From Pseudomonas aeruginosa (GTDB lineage Bacteria; Pseudomonadota; Gammaproteobacteria; Pseudomonadales; Pseudomonadaceae), in NCBI RefSeq assembly GCF_001457615.1, contig NZ_LN831024.1, forward strand, positions 2,490,001 to 2,522,000: a stretch of 32,000 bases of DNA, read 5' to 3'. Below the pieces are notes generated by a model that searched no databases, was not told where the DNA came from, and saw only the letters and a program-made list of their open reading frames with translations. Positions 1 to 9,072 of the stretch are shown here, one piece after another. Both the position numbers and the translations under genes were made by a program. The first letter of the stretch is position 1, and each line of letters opens with the position of its first letter.

Positions 1-2058
1 GCTCGACAGCGACTCGGTGACGTCACGGATCGCCGCGACATTGCGGTTGATCTCCTCGGCTACCGAGCTCTGTTCCTCGGCGGCGCTGGCAATCTGCAGG
101 TTCATGTCGTTGATCACCGTCACCGCCTCGCCGATCCGTTGCAGCGCGGCCACCGCTTCATCCACCTGCTCGACGCTGCCCTGGGCCTGGCGATGGCTGC
201 CATGCATGGCGTCGACCACGTCGCGGGTGCCCTGTTGCAGGCCTTCGATCACCCCGCGGATCTGTTCCACCGAGTCCTGGGTGCGCCGGGCGAGGTTGCG
301 CACTTCGTCGGCGACCACCGCGAAGCCGCGGCCGGCGTCGCCGGCGCGGGCCGCCTCGATGGCCGCGTTGAGCGCCAGCAGGTTGGTCTGCTCGGCGATG
401 GCGCGGATCACTTCCAGCACCGAACCGATTTCCTCGCTGCTGCTGGCCAGTTGCTCGACCTGGCCCATGGCGCTGGTCAGGTTGGCGGCCAGGCTGTCGA
501 TGCTCTGGGTGGTGCGGTCGATCAGCGCCAGGCCGTCGCGGGTCGCCTGGTCGGCACCGCGCGCGGCGTCGGCGGCCTGGGCGGCGCTACGGGCGACGTC
601 CTGGGCAGTGGCGGTCATCTCGTGGGATGCGGTGGCGACCTGGTCGATCTCGCGGAACTGCTGCTGCATGCCGGCGCTGGTCTGGCTGGAAATCGCCGCC
701 GACTGGTCGGCGGTACTGCGCGCATCGCGCACCGAGACCTTCACGTCGCGGATGATCGGCTGCAGCTTGTCGAGAAAACGGTTGAACCAACCGGCCAGTT
801 CGCCCAGCTCGTCGCGCCCGGTGTGCGGCAGACGCTGGGTCAGGTCGCCTTCGCCGCTGGCGATGTCGCGCAGCATGTGGGCGACGCCGAGGATCGGCCG
901 GGTCACGCCGCGGGCGCTCAGCCACAGCACCAGCAGGCCGAGCACCGCGGCGCCGAGGCCGAGGCCCAGTTCGACCCAGGTGCCTTCGCGACGCATGTCG
1001 TCCAGTTGCCGCTCCAGCGCCAGGGCCGGGCCGAGCAGGGCGCTCTTCGGCACTTCGAGGAGCACGCCCCAGGGCTTGGCGCCGGGAATCGGCTGCAACG
1101 GTTGCAGCACCTTGAGGTCGTCGTTCTCGTTGAACAACCGGCTCTTGCCGGCGGCCAGCAGTTGCAGGAGTTCGCCGGCGTGCTGCGGATCCGCCTTGGC
1201 CAGGTTCTTGCCGAGCAGGCCGGCGTCGCGGCTGTTGCCGGCGAACAGCCCGGCGGGGCTGAGGATGCCGACCTGGCCGACGCCGTCGTAGAGTTCGCGG
1301 TTGCCCTGTTCGCTGAGCGCCTGCAGGTTGCTCAGGTTGATGTCCAGGCCCATCACGCCGATCACCTTGCCATCCAGTTCGAGGGGAAAGGCGATGCTGG
1401 TCATCAGCAGTTGGCGTTCGCCGACCTTGTCGAAGTAAGGATCGAGCACGCAGGGTTGCCCGCTTTCCTTCGGGCAGGTGTACCAGGCGTTGTAGGCCGC
1501 GCCGCTGGGCCCGCTGCTGGTGTCGGCGAGTTCGGACTCGATCATCGACTCGGATTCCAGCTGTCCCGGCGTGGCCTGCGCCCAGTACAGGGAGAAGCGT
1601 CCCTTGTCGTTGCTGCCCAGGGCGGGCTGGTCGACGAACAGTTCGTCCTTGCCGTCCAGCGCATTGGGTTCGAAGACCACGTACAGGCCGAGCACCTCGG
1701 GATTGGCGGCGAGCGCGGTGCGCACCTGGCGGGTCAGGTCTTCGCGCAGGTCGTAGGCATCGAGGAAGCGCTTCTGCGCCTGGTCGCGGAGGAACAGGAT
1801 CTGCCGGGAGAAGCCCTTGCCGTACTGGAAGGCATCCATGAAATAGCGCTGGATGCGTAACGCCTGCAATTCCCCGCGGGCTTCCAGGCGCAGGCGCGCC
1901 GATTCGTCGAGCATCTGCGTACTGGCGCTTTTCACCAGCACGCTGCTGTGCTGCATGCGGTAGACCGAAAGGCCGACCAGCAAGGCGACCACGCCGAGCA
2001 GGCAGAGGCCTGCCAGCAGGGTGATCTTCCATTGGATGGACAGGCGGCGAAGGAACAT
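1..2058 (-). CDS. tlpQ: Methyl-accepting chemotaxis protein with dCache-type periplasmic sensor, HAMP and MCP signalling domain (TlpQ/PA2654-like). The 3' end runs off the left edge.
   Basis: Absent from the ORF track because no stop lies in the window. My minus-strand translation from ATG 2058 (AGGA about 10 nt upstream) stays open for 686 codons to position 1. It begins [31 protein letters not shown] region: [27 protein letters not shown]. Conserved MCP hairpin: [35 protein letters not shown]. The symbol comes from recalled synteny with ctpM and nuo, not from a search. Confidence 0.9.
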   Translation of the reverse strand, partial: MFLRRLSIQWKITLLAGLCLLGVVALLVGLSVYRMQHSSVLVKSASTQMLDESARLRLEARGELQALRIQRYFMDAFQYGKGFSRQILFLRDQAQKRFLDAYDLREDLTRQVRTALAANPEVLGLYVVFEPNALDGKDELFVDQPALGSNDKGRFSLYWAQATPGQLESESMIESELADTSSGPSGAAYNAWYTCPKESGQPCVLDPYFDKVGERQLLMTSIAFPLELDGKVIGVMGLDINLSNLQALSEQGNRELYDGVGQVGILSPAGLFAGNSRDAGLLGKNLAKADPQHAGELLQLLAAGKSRLFNENDDLKVLQPLQPIPGAKPWGVLLEVPKSALLGPALALERQLDDMRREGTWVELGLGLGAAVLGLLVLWLSARGVTRPILGVAHMLRDIASGEGDLTQRLPHTGRDELGELAGWFNRFLDKLQPIIRDVKVSVRDARSTADQSAAISSQTSAGMQQQFREIDQVATASHEMTATAQDVARSAAQAADAARGADQATRDGLALIDRTTQSIDSLAANLTSAMGQVEQLASSSEEIGSVLEVIRAIAEQTNLLALNAAIEAARAGDAGRGFAVVADEVRNLARRTQDSVEQIRGVIEGLQQGTRDVVDAMHGSHRQAQGSVEQVDEAVAALQRIGEAVTVINDMNLQIASAAEEQSSVAEEINRNVAAIRDVTESLSS

Positions 2059-2099
2059 GGGAGGGGTCCTTGTACGAAGAAACTGCGGGGGCCCAAGGC

Positions 2100-2126
2100 T
2101 TATCGGCAGGGCTCGCCCATTCTTGA
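2100..2126 (-). promoter_or_regulatory. Sigma28 (FliA)-type promoter for the TlpQ-like chemoreceptor
   Basis: The minus strand reads TCAAG (2126..2122), a 14-nt spacer, then GCCGATAA (2107..2100). This matches the FliA consensus TAAAG/TCAAG-N14-GCCGATAA exactly in the -10 element and in spacing. It lies about 41 nt upstream of ATG 2058. Confidence 0.7.
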
Positions 2127-2316
2127 CGACGGTCCGTTCGCTGGCGCCGGATTGCCGTCGTTCGGCGAATCGCACGCAAGAACCGTGCACAACGGTTTAT
2201 AACCAGGCGACATTCGCGCATGCGCGGCTTTGACAGGCGGGGATGGCTGTAGCAGAGTACGCCCCTTTTTTCGGTCGCAGGCGGCCGAGTTCGTTTCATT
2301 TGCAAGGAGTTCAACG

Positions 2317-3642
2317 ATGAACGCAGTGGTGCTGGCGGTGGGGGTGATGCTCGTCCTCAGCCTTTGCCGTGTGCATGTCGTGCTGGCGCTGATCATCGGC
2401 GCGGTGGTCGGCGGACTGTTCGGTGGCCTAGGCCTGGAGGGGACTCTCAAGGCCTTCAACGGCGGCCTCGGCGGGGGTGCCACGGTGGCCCTGTCGTACG
2501 CCATGCTCGGCGCCTTCGCCGTGGCCATCGCCCGCTCCGGCGTGGCCCATGCGCTGGCCGACAAGGTCCTGGCGCTGCTCGGCCGGCACGACGAGCAGGG
2601 CAAGGGCGCCGGTGCGTTCAAGTGGATCCTGGTCGGCCTGCTGCTCTGCGTGGCGGTATCCTCGCAGAATATCCTGCCGATCCATATCGCCTTCATCCCG
2701 CTGCTGGTGCCGCCGCTGCTCTATGTGCTGAGCAAGCTGCAGATCGACCGGCGATTGATCGCCTGCGTCATCACCTTCGGCCTGATCACCCCGTACATGT
2801 TCCTGCCGGTGGGCTTCGGCAACATCTTCCTCAATGAAATCCTGCTGGCCAACGTGGCGCGCAACGGCGTCGACGTCAGCGGGATCAACGTCACCCACGC
2901 CATGTTCATCCCAGCCCTGGGCATGCTCGCCGGGTTGCTCATCGCGGTGCTGTTCAGCTACCGCCGCAAGCGCGTCTACGACTTGCAGCGGATCGAGCAG
3001 GCCGAACGCGTCGATGTCAGCTACAACCCGAAGAGCCTGGCGGTGGCCGGGGTATCCATCGTCGCCGCGTTCGTCGCACAGCTGTGGCTGGACTCGATGA
3101 TCATCGGCGCGCTGGTCGGTTTCGTGGTCTTCTCGCTGTCCGGCGTGGTGCGCTGGAAGGAGACCGACGACCTGTTCACCGAAGGCATGAAGATGATGGC
3201 CACCATCGGTTTCATCATGATCGCCGCGGCCGGTTTCGCCGAGGTGATGAAGGCCACCGGCGAGGTGCAGAGCCTGGTCGACGCCTCGGTGGCCTGGATC
3301 GGCAACAGCAAGGCGGTCGGCGCCATGCTGATGCTGCTGGTCGGCCTGCTGGTCACCATGGGCATCGGCTCGTCGTTCTCCACCGTGCCGATCATCGCCG
3401 CGATCTTCGTCCCGCTGGCGGTGCAACTGGGCTTCAGCCCGCTGGCCATCGTCAGCATCGTCGGCACCGCCGGCGCGCTGGGGGATGCAGGTTCTCCGGC
3501 GTCGGACTCGACCCTTGGGCCGACCTCCGGGCTCAACGTCGACGGCCAGCACAATCACATCTGGGACACCGTGGTGCCGACCTTCCTGCACTACAACCTG
3601 CCGTTGCTGGTGTTCGGCTGGGCCGCCGCGATGTTGCTCTGA
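2317..3642 (+). CDS. Polytopic inner-membrane transporter of the NhaC superfamily, YuiF/COG2056-like (predicted histidine/amino-acid transporter family)
   Basis: Track ORF 2230..3642. I moved the start to ATG 2317 ([13 protein letters not shown]), which has AAGGAG 7 nt upstream. The protein is hydrophobic throughout, with about 11-12 membrane segments. The C-terminal [32 protein letters not shown] matches my recollection of the YuiF family; no search was run. Confidence 0.85.
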   Translation: MNAVVLAVGVMLVLSLCRVHVVLALIIGAVVGGLFGGLGLEGTLKAFNGGLGGGATVALSYAMLGAFAVAIARSGVAHALADKVLALLGRHDEQGKGAGAFKWILVGLLLCVAVSSQNILPIHIAFIPLLVPPLLYVLSKLQIDRRLIACVITFGLITPYMFLPVGFGNIFLNEILLANVARNGVDVSGINVTHAMFIPALGMLAGLLIAVLFSYRRKRVYDLQRIEQAERVDVSYNPKSLAVAGVSIVAAFVAQLWLDSMIIGALVGFVVFSLSGVVRWKETDDLFTEGMKMMATIGFIMIAAAGFAEVMKATGEVQSLVDASVAWIGNSKAVGAMLMLLVGLLVTMGIGSSFSTVPIIAAIFVPLAVQLGFSPLAIVSIVGTAGALGDAGSPASDSTLGPTSGLNVDGQHNHIWDTVVPTFLHYNLPLLVFGWAAAMLL

Positions 3643-3686
3643 GTTCCATCTCGGGCGGTCGCCTGACGGAATGTCGGGCCGGCCGC

Positions 3687-3713
3687 TTAAGCTTCCGACG
3701 GGATTGCCGATGA
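3687..3713 (+). promoter_or_regulatory. Sigma28 (FliA)-type promoter for the CtpM-like chemoreceptor
   Basis: TTAAG (3687..3691), a 14-nt spacer, then GCCGATGA (3706..3713). The -10 element matches GCCGATAA at 7 of 8 positions and the spacing is correct. It lies about 45 nt upstream of the ATG at 3759. Confidence 0.6.
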
Positions 3714-3732
3714 AACGGGAATCCCGTTTTTT
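3699..3732 (+). terminator. Rho-independent terminator downstream of the transporter gene
   Basis: Stem CGGGATT (3699..3705) pairs with AATCCCG (3720..3726). It has a 14-nt loop and is followed by TTTTTT (3727..3732). Confidence 0.7.
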
Positions 3733-3758
3733 ATTGGGCGTCATGCTAGGAGTTGATG

Positions 3759-5441
3759 ATGCGTCTGACCCTGAAATCCAAAGTCCTCCTGCTGGCCATG
3801 GTGCCGGTGCTGCTCTTCGCCCTGGTGCTCAGCGGCGGAGCGGTGCTGATCCTGAAAAAACAGGCTGATGCCGAAGTCAAGGATACCCGCGAGCGCCTGC
3901 TCGGCGACCGTCGTGCCGAACTCGAGCACTACGTGCAGATCGCCATGGGCAGTATCCAGGCCGAGTACGACCGCTCGGCCAACGGCGACCTGAATGCCCG
4001 CGCCGAGGCCATCGCGCGCCTGTCGAAGATCAAGTACGGCAAGGACGGCTATATCTTCGGCTACGACTCCCAGGTGGTGCGCCTGTTTCGCGGCGACAGC
4101 CCGGTGGACGTCGGCAAGAGCTTCCGCGACCGCCGCGATCCCAGCGGCGTCTACCTCAACCGCGAACTGGTGGAGGCCGGCCGCAACGGCAGCCACTACG
4201 TGACCTATACCTCGCCGCTGCCGGGCAACGAGAGCGTCATGGTGCCCAAGCTGTCCTACACCCTGTACCTGCCGAAGTGGGACATGGTTATCGGCTCGGC
4301 GATCAACCTCGACGGCGTCGAGGCCCAGTTGGTGGAAATCAAGCAGGACATCGACGAGCGTATCGGCACCCTGATCGCCAGTATCGTGGGGATCGCCGGC
4401 GTCCTTCTGGTGGTCCTGCTGGTGATCGGCCTGGCGGTGGCCAACGCGATGCTGCGGCCGTTGCACCAGATCCGCCAGAACCTCGATGACATCGCCGCCG
4501 GCGAAGGCGACCTGACCCGTCGCCTACCGGTGACCAGCCACGACGAGCTGGGCGAGCTGGCCGGTTCCTTCAACCGCTTCGTCGAGAAGATCCACGGTCT
4601 GGTGCGGCAGATCGCCGGGATGACCGGCGACCTCAAGCAACTGGTGGAGCAGATGTCGGCCCAGGCCGAGCGTTCCGAGCAGGCCATGGAGCGCCAGCGC
4701 CACGAGACCGACCAGGTCGCCACCGCGATCAACGAGATGTCCGCCGCCGCCCATGAAGTGGCGCAGAGCGCCCAGCGCGCCGCCGAGGCCGCGCAGCAGA
4801 CCGACCACGAAGGCCAGGCGGCCAAGCGCGTGGTGGACGGCAGCATCGAGCGCATCCACGCGCTGGTGGACGAGATCCGCGACAGCGGGACTTCTCTGGA
4901 TAGCCTGCAGCAGGACGTGCAATCCATCGTCAGTGTGCTCGGGGTGATCCGCTCCATTGCCGAACAGACCAACCTGCTGGCGCTCAACGCGGCCATCGAG
5001 GCGGCCCGTGCCGGCGAGGCCGGACGTGGCTTTGCGGTGGTCGCCGACGAAGTGCGGGCGCTGGCCAGCCGCACCCAGCAGAGTACCCAGGAAATCCAGG
5101 GCATGATCGATCGCCTGCAGCAGGGCACCAACGCCGCGGTCGACGCCATGCGCCGTTCCGGCGAGGCCGGCGAGGGCACCAGCAACCAGGCCAACCAGGC
5201 CGGCGATTCGCTGGATGCCATCGCCCAGCTGATCGCCACCATCAACGCGATGAACGCGCAGATCGCCAGCGCCGCCGAGGAACAGACCGCGGTGGCCGAG
5301 GAGATCAACCGCAGCGTGCACCAGATCGCCGGCGCGGTGGACAGCGTCGCCGACGAGGCCCAGCAGGGCGCGCAGACCGCCCGCAGCCTGGCGCAACTGG
5401 GCCAGGGCCTGGGCCGACTGGTCGGTCAGTTCCGCATCTGA
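3759..5441 (+). CDS. ctpM: Methyl-accepting chemotaxis protein with sCache_2-type sensor, HAMP and MCP signalling domain (CtpM/PA2652-like)
   Basis: Track ORF 3753..5441, whose first codon is TTG. AGGAG at 3748..3752 favours ATG 3759 (6-nt spacing) over ATG 3756. Sensor segment: [14 protein letters not shown]...[26 protein letters not shown]: [30 protein letters not shown] core: [35 protein letters not shown]. The symbol is recalled from synteny. Confidence 0.93.
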   Translation: MRLTLKSKVLLLAMVPVLLFALVLSGGAVLILKKQADAEVKDTRERLLGDRRAELEHYVQIAMGSIQAEYDRSANGDLNARAEAIARLSKIKYGKDGYIFGYDSQVVRLFRGDSPVDVGKSFRDRRDPSGVYLNRELVEAGRNGSHYVTYTSPLPGNESVMVPKLSYTLYLPKWDMVIGSAINLDGVEAQLVEIKQDIDERIGTLIASIVGIAGVLLVVLLVIGLAVANAMLRPLHQIRQNLDDIAAGEGDLTRRLPVTSHDELGELAGSFNRFVEKIHGLVRQIAGMTGDLKQLVEQMSAQAERSEQAMERQRHETDQVATAINEMSAAAHEVAQSAQRAAEAAQQTDHEGQAAKRVVDGSIERIHALVDEIRDSGTSLDSLQQDVQSIVSVLGVIRSIAEQTNLLALNAAIEAARAGEAGRGFAVVADEVRALASRTQQSTQEIQGMIDRLQQGTNAAVDAMRRSGEAGEGTSNQANQAGDSLDAIAQLIATINAMNAQIASAAEEQTAVAEEINRSVHQIAGAVDSVADEAQQGAQTARSLAQLGQGLGRLVGQFRI

Positions 5442-5460
5442 CCCTTCCCCCGCGCGACCG

Positions 5461-5486
5461 CTGCCGGCAAAAGAGCCAGCCGGCAG
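5461..5486 (+). terminator. GC-rich hairpin 20 nt after the ctpM stop; weak terminator candidate with no U tract
   Basis: CTGCCGGC (5461..5468) pairs with GCCGGCAG (5479..5486) around a 10-nt loop. No T run follows the stem. Confidence 0.3.
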
Positions 5487-5600
5487 TGGTGCGCCACAGA
5501 GCCTTCCTGTCATTATTCGGCGGAGTCGGCCGGCAGTCGTGAACGATCCACGTCCGCCGGCTGACTAATGCTTTGCTTCCCACTGCCAGATGGATTGGAC

Positions 5601-6659
5601 ATGCTCGACACGAAACTGGAATCCCGGACTTTTCTCCTGTTGCTGGCGGTGGTCACGCTCGCCTTCGGCTGGCTCTTGCTGCCTTTCTACGGCGCGGTGT
5701 TCTGGGGCACCATCCTGGCGATCATCTTCGCCCCGGTGCAACGCCGCCTGCAGGTGCGCCTGAGGGATCGGAAGAACCTCGCCGCGCTGATCACCCTGCT
5801 GATCTGCGTGCTGATCGTGATCATCCCGGTGATCTTCATCGCCGGTTCGCTGGTGCAGGAAGGCGCGAGCGTCTACCAGCGGGTCAAGTCCGGCGAACTG
5901 AACTTCGCCGCCTACCTGCAGCAGGCGGTGGCCGCCTTGCCGCCATCGGTGCACCAGTGGCTGGAGCGCTTCGACCTGGCCAATCTCTCGAGCCTGCAGG
6001 AGAAGCTCTCCTCGGTGGCGATGCAGGCCAGCCAGGTGGTGGCGACCAAGGCGTTCAGCATCGGCCAGAACACCCTCGACTTCGTCATCAGCTTCGGCAT
6101 CATGCTCTACCTGCTGTTCTTCCTCCTCCGCGACGGTCGCGTGCTCGGCCGGCGGATCAAGCAGGCGGTGCCGCTGAGCCAGGAACACAAGCACCACCTG
6201 TTCGCCAAGTTCACCACGGTGATCCGCGCCACGGTGAAGGGCAACATCGCCGTGGCTGCCACCCAGGGCGCTCTCGGCGGTCTGATCTTCTGGCTGCTGG
6301 GCATCGAGGGCGCCTTGCTCTGGGGCACCCTGATGGCCTTCCTGTCGCTGCTGCCGGCCATCGGCGCGGCGCTGATCTGGGCGCCGGTGGCGGCCTATTT
6401 CCTGCTCACCGGGGCGATCTGGCAGGGCGTAGTGCTGATCCTGTTCTGTGTGGTGGTGATCGGCCTGGTGGACAACATCCTGCGCCCGATCCTGGTCGGC
6501 AAGGACACCAAGATGCCGGACTACGTGGTGCTGATCTCCACCCTCGGTGGCATGGCCCTGTTCGGCCTCAACGGCTTCGTCATCGGCCCGCTGATCGCTG
6601 CGCTGTTCATGGCCAGCTGGGACCTGTTCACTGGCCGCGAGGAAGAACCGCAGGCCTGA
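5601..6659 (+). CDS. AI-2E family transporter (PerM/YhhT/TqsA-like, UPF0118) membrane protein
   Basis: Track ORF 5568..6659. The codons between 5568 and 5600 include rare ones (cca, gga, ctt) and have low GC3. From ATG 5601 (MLDTKLESRTFLLLLAVV) the codon usage is native-like. The protein has multiple TM segments. Its C-terminal part, VDNILRPILVGKDTKMPDYVVLISTLGGMALFGLNGFVIGPLIAALF, is typical of this family. Confidence 0.85.
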   Translation: MLDTKLESRTFLLLLAVVTLAFGWLLLPFYGAVFWGTILAIIFAPVQRRLQVRLRDRKNLAALITLLICVLIVIIPVIFIAGSLVQEGASVYQRVKSGELNFAAYLQQAVAALPPSVHQWLERFDLANLSSLQEKLSSVAMQASQVVATKAFSIGQNTLDFVISFGIMLYLLFFLLRDGRVLGRRIKQAVPLSQEHKHHLFAKFTTVIRATVKGNIAVAATQGALGGLIFWLLGIEGALLWGTLMAFLSLLPAIGAALIWAPVAAYFLLTGAIWQGVVLILFCVVVIGLVDNILRPILVGKDTKMPDYVVLISTLGGMALFGLNGFVIGPLIAALFMASWDLFTGREEEPQA

Positions 6660-6675
6660 GTCGCGCCCGTGGCAG

Positions 6676-6708
6676 ACAAGCCCCGCGAATGCGGGGCTTG
6701 TTCGTTTC
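6676..6708 (+). terminator. Rho-independent terminator between the convergent AI-2E and rtcB genes
   Basis: Perfect 11-bp stem: ACAAGCCCCGC (6676..6686) pairs with GCGGGGCTTGT (6691..6701). The loop is GAAT, followed by TCGTTTC. It may also stop the convergent minus-strand transcript, but that side has no U tract. Confidence 0.7.
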
Positions 6709-8110
6709 AGGCCTTGAAGGTCAGCCACGGACGCAAGCGTGCCAGCGGCCGGATCAGCCCGGCACGCTCCTGGGCATCGATCACCGGCCCCACCGGCTTG
6801 TAGGCGCCCGGGGCCTCTTCGATGCGGCGCTCCTCACGGAGGGTCACGCAGTGCCAGGGCAGCGCGCTGTCGCCCGGGCCTTTCAGCGCTCGTAGCGCCT
6901 GCCGGCGGATGCTGCGGCCGGCCCCATGGCTGCAGGACCATAGCCAGTCCGGGTGGCCCAGGCCGCTGGCGATGTACGAGTAATCGCCCATCGAGCCGGG
7001 AATCAGCAGCAGATCGCCCTGGCGGGCCGGCGTGGCGCCCTTGCGGTGGAGATTCAGGCCCTGTTCCTGGAGCACCACGTTGTGCGGGACGTCCACCAGC
7101 AGGGCGCTGTCGTCGCGCTGGAAGGTCTCGCGCAAGACCTTGCGCACCAGCTCCGCCAGCACCACCCGGTTCAGCCAGGCATAGCGCGCAGCGCCACCCA
7201 TGGCCTGGAGGTATTCTCCGGCCAGCTCGCCGCCCAGCGCGTAGAGGCCGGACGCGGGGTGGCGCCGGCCGCGCGGCCAGGCGGTGCGGGCACGGTCCAT
7301 CCAGCGCTGGCCGACGTGGAAGCCGACATCGCGCGAGCCGCTGTGGATCATCACCACCAGTTCGTCGGCCCTGAGGCCCAGGGCGAAGGCCTGGTGGCGG
7401 TCGAGCAGGCGGTCCACCACCTGCAACTCGACGAAGTGATTGCCGGAACCGGTGGTACCCAGGCCGGGATCGCGGATCAGGCTGCGGCGGCGATCGCGCA
7501 AGGCCTCGGGGGCATACTCGAGACGCCCGCCGAATTCATCCAGGCCGATGCAGCCCTGTAACTCGCGGAACAGCCGCGCCTGGTCGACCTCGGCCCACAG
7601 GCCGTCTTCGCTGAGACGCTCCAGGCAGTGTCCGGGGCTTTCGGCGAACAGCGCTTCGAACGCCTGGACCCGCAATGGTACGTCGCGACCGTTACGCAGC
7701 AGGACGTGGGTCAGGCCGGCGACCAGGGCTTGCCTGTGCTCCTCGGCGCTGGACAGGGTCAGGCCGGTACGCAGCAGGCGCATGCCGCAATTGATGTCGG
7801 TGCCGATGGCAGCGGGAATGACGAAGTCCGCCGTACTGGCGACGATGGAGCCGACCGGGGCGATGCTGCCGGGATGGAAGTCCGGCGTGGCGCAGGCCTT
7901 GCAGACGTGCCCGGTGTCGCCGGGTGCCTGGACCGAGGCGAAGTCGAGCAACTGGCGCACGGCCTTTTCCTCCAGCGCGAAGCTGGCGGGCAGCAGGACC
8001 TGGGCCGAAGTACCGTCGTGACGACGGGTGAGGGTGACGATGTCCTGCTGGCGGTCGACGAGGATGCCGCTGCGCAGGAAGGCTTTTTCAAGCCGGGAAT
8101 GTTTGGACAT
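6707..8110 (-). CDS. rtcB: RtcB-family RNA 3'-phosphate ligase (467 aa)
   Basis: All RtcB signature motifs are present and in order: TPDFHPG, GTDINCGMRLL (Asp/Cys metal ligands), GSGNHFVELQ, HSGSRDVG, PHNVV and SCSHGAGR (guanylylated His), with EEAPGAYKPV near the C-terminus. Codon usage is native (high GC3). The SD before ATG 8110 is weak. Confidence 0.9.
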   Translation of the reverse strand: MSKHSRLEKAFLRSGILVDRQQDIVTLTRRHDGTSAQVLLPASFALEEKAVRQLLDFASVQAPGDTGHVCKACATPDFHPGSIAPVGSIVASTADFVIPAAIGTDINCGMRLLRTGLTLSSAEEHRQALVAGLTHVLLRNGRDVPLRVQAFEALFAESPGHCLERLSEDGLWAEVDQARLFRELQGCIGLDEFGGRLEYAPEALRDRRRSLIRDPGLGTTGSGNHFVELQVVDRLLDRHQAFALGLRADELVVMIHSGSRDVGFHVGQRWMDRARTAWPRGRRHPASGLYALGGELAGEYLQAMGGAARYAWLNRVVLAELVRKVLRETFQRDDSALLVDVPHNVVLQEQGLNLHRKGATPARQGDLLLIPGSMGDYSYIASGLGHPDWLWSCSHGAGRSIRRQALRALKGPGDSALPWHCVTLREERRIEEAPGAYKPVGPVIDAQERAGLIRPLARLRPWLTFKA

Positions 8111-8198
8111 GACAGTGCCGCTTTACAGACAATGCGAAGCCGTCCGGTGGAAACCGGAGGCTGGCGTCTTTCCGCTCAGCAGCACAGGCGGGAAGGGA

Positions 8199-8220
8199 GC
8201 GCGGACTCTAAGGTCCGCGC
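8199..8220 (-). other. GC-rich hairpin just after the methyltransferase stop, inside the methyltransferase-rtcB spacer
   Basis: GCGCGGAC (8199..8206) pairs with GTCCGCGC (8213..8220) around a 6-nt loop. No U tract follows on the minus strand. A second 6-bp hairpin, TCCGGT/ACCGGA, sits at 8143..8158. Confidence 0.4.
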
Positions 8221-8229
8221 GCGCCGCTG

Positions 8230-9072
8230 TCAACCGGCGGCGGACCTCGGCTTGAGCGCGCAGGTGGCGAGGAAGGTCGGCATGAAGCGGTCGATGACGA
8301 AGCGCGGGTGCGGTTGCCAGTCTTCGTAGAAATCCTGCAGCAGCAGGCCGGCGGCGAGCTGGCCGGCGATCTGCTGGGTCAGGCTATGGCCGAACACCAG
8401 GGCTTCGCCTTTCTCGCGCTTTGCCGCGAGGGCTTCGGCGGAGAGGCTTTCCAGGTCGGAGTAGGGCAGGCGATGTCGCGGCCGGATCAGGCCCTGCTCT
8501 GCCAGTTCCGGCGAGCGGTCCTCGATGAACAGCGCCGGGTTGTAGAAGCTCGCCAGCAGCTTGCCGCCCGGCCGCAGCACCCGCGCGCATTCGCGCCAGA
8601 CCGGCAGGACATCGTCGACGTAGAGATTGGAGATGGGATTGAAGACCAGGTCGAAGGAGGCATCGGCGAAGGTCGAGAGGTCGCGCATGTCGCCCTGCAC
8701 GCAGGCCAGTTCGAGGCGGTCGCGGGCGGCGACCTGGCGGTCCTTGTCCAGCTGTCCCGCCGAGGCGTCGAACAGCGTGACCCGTGCGCCGGCGGCGGCA
8801 AGGATCGGCGCCTGCTGGCCGCCGGCCGAGGCCAGGCAGAGGATCTCGCGGCCGCGTACGTCGCCCAGCCAGTGAGCGGGTAACGCGCCCGGGGTCAGCT
8901 TCACCGCCCAGTCGCCGCGGCGTGCGGCGGCGACCTCTTCGGCGTTGACCGGTCGCGACCATTCGCAGTCACGGGCGGCCTGGGCGTCCCAACTGGCGCT
9001 GTTGTCGCAGGACGTCGATATCGTGGAAGGTGGGCATGAGGCCTCCGGGTTCATCCATGGAGCGCGGAGCAT
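8230..9072 (-). CDS. Class I SAM-dependent methyltransferase (Methyltransf_11-like). The N-terminus is ambiguous and may be frameshifted.
   Basis: Track ORF. SAM-binding region: ILCLASAGGQQAPILAAAGARVTLFDAS ... GDMRDL ... FDLVFNPISNLYV ... LRPGGKLL. In-frame ATGs at 9072 and 9054 have no SD, and the codons between them and about 9008 are rare. A GGAGG+ATG (9037) lies in another frame; see findings. Confidence 0.8.
   Translation of the reverse strand: MLRAPWMNPEASCPPSTISTSCDNSASWDAQAARDCEWSRPVNAEEVAAARRGDWAVKLTPGALPAHWLGDVRGREILCLASAGGQQAPILAAAGARVTLFDASAGQLDKDRQVAARDRLELACVQGDMRDLSTFADASFDLVFNPISNLYVDDVLPVWRECARVLRPGGKLLASFYNPALFIEDRSPELAEQGLIRPRHRLPYSDLESLSAEALAAKREKGEALVFGHSLTQQIAGQLAAGLLLQDFYEDWQPHPRFVIDRFMPTFLATCALKPRSAAG

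Noticed and set aside
290-5070. About 100 bp near 290..400 is closely similar, in inverted orientation, to about 4960..5070. This could be read as the inverted repeats of a mobile element flanking the transporter.
   Set aside because: Both copies are the highly conserved MCP signalling hairpin ([30 protein letters not shown]) of two oppositely oriented chemoreceptor genes. The similarity is paralogous coding conservation. There is no transposase and there are no target duplications.
6707-8110. The idea that rtcB is a recently acquired island inserted between the convergent AI-2E and methyltransferase genes.
   Set aside because: GC3 and codon choice look the same as the flanking core genes. 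There are no flanking direct repeats, tRNA, integrase or GC discontinuity. Deciding this needs a comparison with related genomes, which I cannot run.
8384-8962. A 192-aa minus-strand ORF in the second frame of the methyltransferase locus, which continues the frame of the SD-bearing ATG 9037 after its stop.
   Set aside because: Its translation is an Arg/Pro/Gly-rich off-frame product (MVATGQRRRGRRRTPRRLGG...). The methyltransferase motifs are all in the other frame, so it does not rescue the 9037 start.
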